DNA of 64,000 nucleotides from an uncultured Chromatiales bacterium (GTDB taxonomy: Bacteria; Pseudomonadota; Gammaproteobacteria; CBFCYW01): assembly GCA_965602395.1 (NCBI GenBank), contig CBFCYW010000003.1:19501-83500 (forward strand), in the 5' to 3' direction. Position 1 is the first letter of the stretch; the number at the start of each line of letters is the position of its first letter. Position numbers and translations under genes: made by a program. Shown one piece after another: positions 49,833 to 57,466 of this stretch. The notes under the pieces were generated by a model that saw only the letters and a program-made list of their open reading frames with translations, had not been told where the DNA came from and ran no database searches.

Positions 49833-50735
49833 ATGGGAAAATTTACTGTTCTCGCCGTGTCGCTTCCTATACTGCTGGCCGCCTGTGGCGGTGGAGATGG
49901 GTATGGAAATGGCAGTTCCGGAGAAACCGGTAGCATGACACTGTCGCTGACCGATGGGCCAGTAGATACCGCAAATAAAGTGGTCGTGCGTTTTGACAGC
50001 GTTTCAATAAAGCCGGCGGATGACGAACCCATCGTTTTTACTTTTGATACGCCGAAAGACATCGACCTGCTACAGCTGACGGGCAATGCCTACGAGAACC
50101 TGCTCGATGAAGTCGAACTGCCCACCGGTGAGTACACGTGGATCCGGCTTGGCGTGGTGGCGGATCACGATGGCGTGCTGGATTCGTATATTGAACTGAG
50201 CGATGGCTCGGAAGTGGAGTTGCGCGTGCCCAGCGGCAACCAGACAGGCCTCAAGGTCAACCATAGTTTTGTCGTCTCAGCGCAGAGCAATATCGATTTC
50301 ACCATTGATTTTGATCTGCGCAAATCGGTGACCAACCCGCCCGGGCAGCCAGGTGCCCTGCTTCGCCCGACACTGCGAATGGTAGACAATCTCGAAGTGG
50401 GTAGCATTTCCGGTGAAATTGCTCCGGAGATCATCAGCGCCGAATGTGAGAATTCGGTGTCCAATGATGGTGCTGTCTATGTATTTACCGGATCGGATGT
50501 GACCCCCATCGATGTGCGCGATGAGCCGACCGACCCGGTTACCACAGCTTTTGTGGAATTCGCAGAGGATGCCTACAGCTACGAGGCCGGTTTTCTTGAA
50601 GCTGGTGATTACACCATCGCTTATACCTGTGATAACGAAGCGGATATCGCCGATCAGGATGAAGAGTTGATATTCGTTGGCCAGAGTAATGTCACGGTGG
50701 TAGCCAGGCAGAATACAGTGGCCGATTTCGACTGA
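49833..50735 (+). CDS. DUF4382 domain lipoprotein, low GC
   Basis: signal peptide + lipobox LLAAC; Gly/Ser linker; 300 aa; GC visibly lower than surrounding genes. Confidence 0.75.
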   Translation: MGKFTVLAVSLPILLAACGGGDGYGNGSSGETGSMTLSLTDGPVDTANKVVVRFDSVSIKPADDEPIVFTFDTPKDIDLLQLTGNAYENLLDEVELPTGEYTWIRLGVVADHDGVLDSYIELSDGSEVELRVPSGNQTGLKVNHSFVVSAQSNIDFTIDFDLRKSVTNPPGQPGALLRPTLRMVDNLEVGSISGEIAPEIISAECENSVSNDGAVYVFTGSDVTPIDVRDEPTDPVTTAFVEFAEDAYSYEAGFLEAGDYTIAYTCDNEADIADQDEELIFVGQSNVTVVARQNTVADFD

Positions 50736-50762
50736 CTGTCGGATATTTTTTGAATGTGCAGG

Positions 50763-50797
50763 CGGGCGGCCAATGGGCCGCCCGCTTTTTTTGTCTG
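50763..50797. terminator. strong bidirectional rho-independent terminator between DUF4382 gene (+) and cobW-like gene (-)
   Basis: GCGGGCGGCC-aatg-GGCCGCCCGC followed by TTTTTTTGT, A-rich on the other side. Confidence 0.85.
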
Positions 50798-50804
50798 CCG
50801 CCAG

Positions 50805-51704
50805 TCAGTCATTTCTGACGGCGGTTTCAATAAGCGCCCGCAGTGCCGCTTGCCGGATCTGTCCGCGCAGGCCGATGCAAACCAGTGCCGGCGACGCGCC
50901 CGCCTGCGCCGGCGATACCTGGGCGCGCCGACCCACCACCTGAATCAATAGCCGCTCTCCGGAGAGATCCTCGACAAAGCCTTTAGCGCGGACGATGCCG
51001 TAGGCGCCAGCGGCCAGTTCGGCTGCCAGTGAGTGTGCATCCAGCGGCTTATCAGCGTCGATCACGACGCTTTCGAAGGCGGCATCCGCATGTTCGGTGC
51101 GGCTCGGGGGGCGGCCACTGGCAGGTGTTCCGAGCAGGATGTCGACGGCGATCTCACCGTGCTGTGTGGCGATGATCTGCGCCTCGCTGACACCGCTTTC
51201 GAGCCAGTCTGTGACCTTGCGCAGTTCGCTGTCAGCCACCAGATCGGCCTTGCTCAGCAGCAGCAAATCGGCATCGCGCAGCTGGCGCAGGATGGTGTCG
51301 CCGAGGTATTTGTCGCCCGCGCTGCCGCGGATGGTCTCCGCGTCTGCGAGCACCACGATGCCGTTGAGCCGGAAGCCCGCCAGCAGCGAGACGCTGGCGG
51401 CGATGGCGCCGGGGATGGCGACGCCGGAGGCCTCGATGACGATCTGCTCCGGCGGCGGCTGCAGCGCGGACAATTTCATCAGCGCGCCGACCAGGTTGTC
51501 GCCGAAGGAGCAGCAGACGCAGCCGCCGGCGATGGCGATGAGTTCGTCGCCGCGGGCTTCGATCAGGTCTTCGTCGATGGGCAGCGCGCCGAATTCGTTG
51601 ACCAGCACCGCCAGTCGCCGGCCATCGGCGTGGCGCAGCAGATGGTTGACCAGGGTGGTCTTGCCGGCGCCGAGGTAGCCGCCGATGACGGTGACCGGGA
51701 TCAC
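50805..51704 (-). CDS. COG0523 (CobW/YjiA/ZigA-like) metallochaperone GTPase
   Basis: P-loop GGYLGAGKTT, metal-binding GCVCC, 299 aa; GTG start overlapping upstream amidohydrolase stop (GTGA). Confidence 0.85.
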   Translation of the reverse strand: MIPVTVIGGYLGAGKTTLVNHLLRHADGRRLAVLVNEFGALPIDEDLIEARGDELIAIAGGCVCCSFGDNLVGALMKLSALQPPPEQIVIEASGVAIPGAIAASVSLLAGFRLNGIVVLADAETIRGSAGDKYLGDTILRQLRDADLLLLSKADLVADSELRKVTDWLESGVSEAQIIATQHGEIAVDILLGTPASGRPPSRTEHADAAFESVVIDADKPLDAHSLAAELAAGAYGIVRAKGFVEDLSGERLLIQVVGRRAQVSPAQAGASPALVCIGLRGQIRQAALRALIETAVRND

Positions 51705-53344
51705 TGCTCAGCGGCGGCGAAGATCCGCCCGCCCTGCACCGTGCCCCACACCGGCACGTCCTTCAGCGCCGTGGCCTCGACCTGCGTCGGGTCTTCCTCC
51801 AGCACGGCGAAATCGGCGCGCTTGCCCACTTCGATGGAGCCCACTTCGCCGTCCAGATGCAGGGTGTAGGCGGCGCCGAGGGTGATCGCGCGCAGCGCTT
51901 CGGCGACGCTGATCCGCTCGGCCTCACCCTGGATTCGGCCGCTGTTGGTGAGCCGGTTGACCGCGCACCAGGCGGTGAACAGCGGCCCCAGCGGGGTGAC
52001 CGGCGCATCCGAGTGGATGGCCATCGGCACGCCGCTATCCAGCGCCGTGCGGCAGGCGTTCATGCGCTCGGCGCGCTCCGGGCCGACGGTCAGCCGGTAG
52101 TGCTCGTCGCCCCAGTAGTAGTGGTGGTTGGCGAACAGGTTGACGCACAGCCCCAGCGCCTTGATGCGGCGAAACTGCGCGGCGTCGGCGAGCTGGCAGT
52201 GCTGCAGGGTGAAGCGGTGGTCGGCGGCCGGATGTGCGGCGAGCGCGGCCTGGAACGTATCCAGCGCCAGATCGGTAGCCTGATCGCCGTTGGTGTGGGT
52301 GTGCACCGCGACGCCGGCCTGCAGTGCGCGTCGGTAGATCTCCGCCAGCTGCTCGGGAGCCACGTACCACAGGCCGTTGGGTGCGCCGTTGAAGTAACCC
52401 GGCCAACGCAGGCGCGCGGAAAAACCCTGGATCGAGCCGTCGGCGATGACCTTGATTCGGCCCAGGCTGAGGCGCTCGGTGGATCGCTCTCGCAGCGCCG
52501 CGGCGCTGGCCACCAGCGCTTCGGGCGTGTGCCCCATGAAGAACTTCAATGGCACCAGGCAGATCGGAAAATCATCCGCCGCGGTGACCCGGTGCATCAT
52601 TTCCACCGCCGCGTCGTCGAGGCCGGCTGCCAGATCGGTCACCGTGGTGGTGCCGCTGCGCACGCACAGGCGGGCGAAATCGCGCAGCCCGCGCTCATCG
52701 GTGTCGGTGATCGAGCCGTGCATGCCCGCGTGCGGCGCCACCGACATGTAGACCTCCGGCGATTTGAGCACGCCGATCGGCAGGCCATCGGCGCCCAGCT
52801 CGACGCCGGGGTGCTCGATGCCGCGACGCAGCATGCCGGCCAGCTCCAGCGCGCGGCTGTTGAAATTCATGATGTGCCCGGAGGCGTGCAGGATGCCGAT
52901 CGGGCGGTCGGCGGAGACCGCATCGAGATCGTGGCGGCTGAGGCCGGGCGATTGCAGGTAGATCGGGTCGAACTGAAAGCCCGCCAGCGGCGCCTGCGGG
53001 TCGTCGAGCCGCCTCTCGGCCTCGGCCAGCCGCGCGAGCAGTGCATCGCGGGTTTTGACCCCGCCCCACAGCCGCCCGCGCGGATCGACGCGGTCGAAAT
53101 AGCCGCAGTAGACGTTGCGCCACAGGGTGCCCTCCATGGCGTGCGCGTGGCCTTCGACAAAGCCCGGCATCAGGATTTTGTCGGCGAAGCGCTGATCCAG
53201 CGCAAAGTCGCCCCAGCCGCGCAGCTCTTGCAGATCGCCGACGCCGAGGATGCGCCCGTCGCGCACCGCCACGTGGCTGGCGCGGGGGCGGGCGGGATTC
53301 ATGGTCAGGATGCTGCGGGCGTGGAAGATGGTGGTGTCCGGCAT
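51701..53344 (-). CDS. metal-dependent amidohydrolase (Amidohydro_3 / YtcJ-like)
   Basis: about 547 aa from MPDTTIFHARSIL; GFVEGHAHA metal-binding HxH, C-terminal HSDAPV; track start 53461 (TTG) likely over-extended. Confidence 0.8.
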   Translation of the reverse strand: MPDTTIFHARSILTMNPARPRASHVAVRDGRILGVGDLQELRGWGDFALDQRFADKILMPGFVEGHAHAMEGTLWRNVYCGYFDRVDPRGRLWGGVKTRDALLARLAEAERRLDDPQAPLAGFQFDPIYLQSPGLSRHDLDAVSADRPIGILHASGHIMNFNSRALELAGMLRRGIEHPGVELGADGLPIGVLKSPEVYMSVAPHAGMHGSITDTDERGLRDFARLCVRSGTTTVTDLAAGLDDAAVEMMHRVTAADDFPICLVPLKFFMGHTPEALVASAAALRERSTERLSLGRIKVIADGSIQGFSARLRWPGYFNGAPNGLWYVAPEQLAEIYRRALQAGVAVHTHTNGDQATDLALDTFQAALAAHPAADHRFTLQHCQLADAAQFRRIKALGLCVNLFANHHYYWGDEHYRLTVGPERAERMNACRTALDSGVPMAIHSDAPVTPLGPLFTAWCAVNRLTNSGRIQGEAERISVAEALRAITLGAAYTLHLDGEVGSIEVGKRADFAVLEEDPTQVEATALKDVPVWGTVQGGRIFAAAEQ

Positions 53345-53447
53345 GGGTGGCTCCCGGAGATTGGCGAGTAGCGGTGCGGGGTTCGGTGGCCAAGTTAGAG
53401 CACTTGGCGGTGCGGAGGAAAGGCTTTCGCGCCCGCGCGGCCGATGG

Positions 53448-53531
53448 CCCGGATTGGACAACCCGGATTGGGCAATCCGGCTTGGGCAACCCGGCTTGGG
53501 TAACTCAGGTTGGGCAACTCAGGCCGGTTCG
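53448..53531. repeat. 6 x 14-bp tandem direct repeat (consensus CCCGGATTGGGCAA) in lysR / amidohydrolase intergenic region
   Basis: cccggattggacaa cccggattgggcaa tccggcttgggcaa cccggcttgggtaa ctcaggttgggcaa ctcaggccggttcg. Confidence 0.8.
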
Positions 53532-54427
53532 CTTTGTGCGATGTCCAGCGAGTCGAGCAGGTGGTCGAGAAAATGCTGCTTGGGGGGATGATTGCTGCTG
53601 GCCTGCCAGATCGCCACTGTCTGCAGCATCTCTTCGACGTCATCCAGCGGGATCATCGCCAGCCCCGAGCCATAGACCTGGCACATGCTCGCGGTGAGGA
53701 TGGTCACGCCCATGGCGCAGCTGACCAGGCCGAGAATGTCGGCGGTGGTGCGGCCCTGCTGGACGATCCGCGGCACGAAGCCGGCGCGGCGGCACAGCGG
53801 GATCAGGCAGGAATAGAAAATCTCCCATTCCTTCGGCGCGCCGTGGACGAAGTTTTCGCCGGCCAGCTCCGCCAGCCGGATGCCGCTGCGCCGGGCCAGC
53901 GGGTGGTCGCCGTGGGTGACGCAGACGAAGGGTTCGGAGCAGACCAGCAGTTGACGGTAGTCGGCGTGGTTGAACGGGCCGGTGGCGAAGCAGACGTCCA
54001 GCTCGCCCTCTTCGAGCTTGCGCAGCTGGCTCACCGTGACCTCGTGATTGAGCTGCAGGGCGATATCCGGCTGGCGCCGCTGGAAGGATTTGACGATGCC
54101 GGGCAGGACGTTGGCGATGGCGGCATCGGTGTAGCCGATGCGCAGGGAGCCGATCTGGCCCTGATCGACTCGCCGGGCGGTATCCACGGCCCTGTCCATG
54201 GCATTGATCACCGCGCGACAGCCGTGCAGAAAGGCGCTGCCGGCGCGGGTGATCTGTACGCTGCGGTTGGTGCGCTCGAACAGGGTCAGACCCAGTTCGG
54301 ATTCGAGATCTTTGATGGTGCGGCTGAGTGCCGGCTGGGCGATGCCGAGCTTCTCCGCCGCGCGGCGAAAATGCAGTTCTTCGGCGACCGAGATGAAGCA
54401 GCGGATATGGCGCAGGCGCAGTTTCAC
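53519..54427 (-). CDS. LysR family transcriptional regulator
   Basis: HTH (IRCFISVAEELHFRRAAEKLGIAQPALSRTIKDLE) + LysR substrate-binding domain; divergent from TRAP operon. Confidence 0.9.
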   Translation of the reverse strand: MKLRLRHIRCFISVAEELHFRRAAEKLGIAQPALSRTIKDLESELGLTLFERTNRSVQITRAGSAFLHGCRAVINAMDRAVDTARRVDQGQIGSLRIGYTDAAIANVLPGIVKSFQRRQPDIALQLNHEVTVSQLRKLEEGELDVCFATGPFNHADYRQLLVCSEPFVCVTHGDHPLARRSGIRLAELAGENFVHGAPKEWEIFYSCLIPLCRRAGFVPRIVQQGRTTADILGLVSCAMGVTILTASMCQVYGSGLAMIPLDDVEEMLQTVAIWQASSNHPPKQHFLDHLLDSLDIAQSEPA

Positions 54428-54560
54428 GATGCCGAAAAAGTATCAAATAAGAACGCACTGATATTATACACGCAATTTGAACTGTGCGAGGCTTGCTTGC
54501 GGAAAGCATTCGAAAATGCTTGATCCGCAATCCCTGACCCGTCCGACCCGGAGAAACCCA

Positions 54561-55559
54561 ATGCGACATCCCAGACTGAAAACCGCTGCGGCGTCCCTGC
54601 TGGCGCTGGTCGTTTCGACTTCCACGGCATTCGCCGCCGATGTGACCATGAACGTCGGCTTCGGCGCGCCGGAGGACTCCATCTACGGCCGCTTCGGCAA
54701 GATTTTCGAGCGTCTGGCGGAGCAATACACCGGCGGTGCGGTGGATGTGAAGCTGCGCTGCTGCAACCAGATCGCCACTGAGGATGAAGGCTTCAAGGCC
54801 ATGCAGCTGGGCACGGTCGATGGCTTTTTCATCACCGCCAACAATGTCTCGCCGCACTGGCCGCTGATGGATGTGACGGTGCTGCCGTTCATTTTCCAGA
54901 ACACCGCGCACCTGGAGCGGGTGGTCGATGGCGAGGTCGGCGACTTCATGAAGGAGCGCCTGCAGGCGGACACCAGCGTGCACCTGCTGAGCTTCGGGCC
55001 GGCGATGTATCGCGATTTTTACAACTCCAAGCGGCCGATCAACAGCATGGCCGACATGGCCGGGCTGAAGATCCGCACGCCGAAGAACGAGGTGATGCTG
55101 GCCACCTTCGAGGCCTTTGGCGCCAACCCGGTACCGCTGGCCTGGTCGGAGACCCCCACCGCGCTGCAGACCGGCACCGTGGATGGTGGCGACAACGGCA
55201 CCTCGTTCATCCGCGACATGAAATTCTACGAGTTCGAGCCGCATCTGGTGATCCTCGAACACTTCGTCGCGATGGCGCCGCTGTTCGCCTCGGATCATTT
55301 CATGAAGCGCCTCAGCGATGAGCAGCGCGAGCAGATCCAGCGCGCGGCGACCGATGCCGGCGCCGAGTTCCGCCAGCAGGTGCTCAATGAAACCGAGGAA
55401 GTGCGCAACTGGCTGGCCACCGAGGGCGGCATGGCGATGACCCGGCCGGACAAGACCGATTTCATCGCCGCGGCGAAGACCGTGCAGGATGGCTTTGCGG
55501 CGCAGCGCGGCGAGCAGTTCGTCGAGCTGGTGAAGATGATCCAGGCTGCCGCGGAGTGA
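54561..55559 (+). CDS. TRAP transporter substrate-binding protein (DctP family)
   Basis: signal peptide, DctP fold; GGAGAAA RBS; track start 54477 over-extended. Confidence 0.88.
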   Translation: MRHPRLKTAAASLLALVVSTSTAFAADVTMNVGFGAPEDSIYGRFGKIFERLAEQYTGGAVDVKLRCCNQIATEDEGFKAMQLGTVDGFFITANNVSPHWPLMDVTVLPFIFQNTAHLERVVDGEVGDFMKERLQADTSVHLLSFGPAMYRDFYNSKRPINSMADMAGLKIRTPKNEVMLATFEAFGANPVPLAWSETPTALQTGTVDGGDNGTSFIRDMKFYEFEPHLVILEHFVAMAPLFASDHFMKRLSDEQREQIQRAATDAGAEFRQQVLNETEEVRNWLATEGGMAMTRPDKTDFIAAAKTVQDGFAAQRGEQFVELVKMIQAAAE

Positions 55560-55628
55560 TCTGCCGGCTTCGCGCAGGGGGCGCTCGGCGCCCCCTGCGG
55601 CCGTTTTACGGGTGATCGGGAGAGGCCG

Positions 55629-56168
55629 ATGGCTGGCTTGAAATGGCTCGGGCGGCATCTGGAAGAACTGCTGTGCTGCACCGCGCTGGTGATCATCGCG
55701 ATCAGCGTCTTCGCGCAGGTCATCGCCCGCTACGTGTTTGAGATCGCCCTGCACTGGACCGAGGAAGTGGCCGCCATCAGCATGGTCTGGGCGGTCTACA
55801 TGGGCGCTTCGCTGTGTGTGCGCGAGCGCTTCCACATCCGCATTCTGGTGGCGGTGCAGGCGCTGCCGACGCGGCTCGGCCGCTACGTGATCTTCACCGC
55901 CGATCTGCTCTGGGCGCTGTTCAGCCTGTTCATGGTCAAGGTCAGCTGGGACTATCTGGCGGTGCTGTGGAAATTCACCACGCGCAGCCCGAGCCTGGGC
56001 ATCGATCAGTTCTATCCCCAATCGATCCTGCTGATCGGCTACGCACTGATGCTGATCCGCCTGATCCAGACCTATCTGCACTGGTACCGCGACGGCGCCA
56101 GCGGCCTGCCGGGCATGCTCGCGGAGGAGTGGGAGGAAACCACCCGGGATCGGGAGCACCAGGTATGA
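55629..56168 (+). CDS. TRAP transporter small permease (DctQ family)
   Basis: 179 aa, 4 TM. Confidence 0.85.
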   Translation: MAGLKWLGRHLEELLCCTALVIIAISVFAQVIARYVFEIALHWTEEVAAISMVWAVYMGASLCVRERFHIRILVAVQALPTRLGRYVIFTADLLWALFSLFMVKVSWDYLAVLWKFTTRSPSLGIDQFYPQSILLIGYALMLIRLIQTYLHWYRDGASGLPGMLAEEWEETTRDREHQV

Positions 56169-57454
56169 GCCCGCTGCTGATCCTCGCCATCGCCTTCGTC
56201 GTGCTGACGCTGATCGGCATCCCGCTGTTCGTCTCCGTGGGCCTGACCACGGTGCTGGCGCTGTACCTGATCGACATCCCCTACACGCTGATGGCGCAGA
56301 CCGGCTATTCCAGCCTGACGCCATTTCCGCTGCTGACCATCCCGCTGTTCGTGCTCGCCGGGCGGTTGATGGAGGTCGGCGGCATGGCCAAGCGGATGAT
56401 CGCCATCGCCACCAATCTGGTCGGTGCCTATCGCGGCTCGATGGGGCTGGTGACGGTGTTCGCCTGCATGCTGTTCGCGGCGCTGTCCGGCTCCGGACCT
56501 GCGACCACCGCGGCGATCGGCTCGGTGACCGTGCCGGCGATGCGCCGCGAGGGCTACGATGTGCCCTTCGCCGCGGCGATCACCGCCAGCGCCGGCGCGC
56601 TGGGCAGCCTGATTCCGCCCTCCAACCTGATGATCATCTACGGCCTGGTGTCGGAGACCTCGATCCCGCGGCTGTTTCTCGCCGGCCTGCTGCCCGGCCT
56701 GCTGGTGACGGCGCTGCTGATGATCACCACCTACATCGTCGCCCGCCGGCGCAACTACGGCGGCGGTGGCGAGCCCTTCACCTGGCGGCCGTTTCTGCGG
56801 GCCGCCTGGGATGGCAAATGGTCGATCGGCGCGCCGGTGCTGATTCTCGGCGGCATCTACGGCGGCGCTTTCACGCCCACCGAGGCCGCCGGCGTAGCGG
56901 TGTTCTACTCGCTGTTCGTGGGCATGTTCGTCTACCGCGAGCTGACCGTGCAGAAGGTCATCGAGGCGCTGCGCTTCACCGCGCTGCTCACCGGCATTCT
57001 GATTCTGCTGACGCCGACGCTGGCCTTCGGCCAGCTGACCGCTTTTTACGATGTGCCGGCGGCGGTGCAGGCCGGCATCACCTCGCTCACCGACAACCCG
57101 ATTCTGGTGCTGCTGCTGATCGGCGTGTTTTACATCTTCATCGGCACCTTCATGGAATCGCTGGCGCAGATCGTGCTGTTCACCGCCGTGTTCCTGCCGC
57201 TGGTGACCTCGCTGGGCGTCGATCCGGTGCTGTTCGGCGTGTTCACCGTGATCACCTGCGAAATCGGCTTCCTCACCCCGCCGCTGGGGGCGAACCTGAC
57301 CGTGGCCGCACGCATTTCCGGGATCTCCATCGAGCGCATCTCGGTCGCCGTGCTGCCCTTCATCCTCGCCTACATCATCGGCATGGTGATTCTGGTGCTG
57401 GTGCCGGAGATCACCCTGTTCCTGCCCGACTGGGCCTATGGCCCGGCCAAATAG
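56165..57454 (+). CDS. TRAP transporter large permease (DctM family)
   Basis: about 429 aa from MSPLLILAIAFVV; ATGA overlap with dctQ; 12 TM. Confidence 0.9.
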   Translation: MSPLLILAIAFVVLTLIGIPLFVSVGLTTVLALYLIDIPYTLMAQTGYSSLTPFPLLTIPLFVLAGRLMEVGGMAKRMIAIATNLVGAYRGSMGLVTVFACMLFAALSGSGPATTAAIGSVTVPAMRREGYDVPFAAAITASAGALGSLIPPSNLMIIYGLVSETSIPRLFLAGLLPGLLVTALLMITTYIVARRRNYGGGGEPFTWRPFLRAAWDGKWSIGAPVLILGGIYGGAFTPTEAAGVAVFYSLFVGMFVYRELTVQKVIEALRFTALLTGILILLTPTLAFGQLTAFYDVPAAVQAGITSLTDNPILVLLLIGVFYIFIGTFMESLAQIVLFTAVFLPLVTSLGVDPVLFGVFTVITCEIGFLTPPLGANLTVAARISGISIERISVAVLPFILAYIIGMVILVLVPEITLFLPDWAYGPAK

Positions 57455-57466
57455 GGGGCTGCCGCG

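Noticed and set aside
53448-53531. Tandem repeat array considered as a possible CRISPR array
   Set aside because: Units are only 14 bp, directly abutting with no spacers, and there are no cas genes. It is a microsatellite/iteron-type repeat instead.
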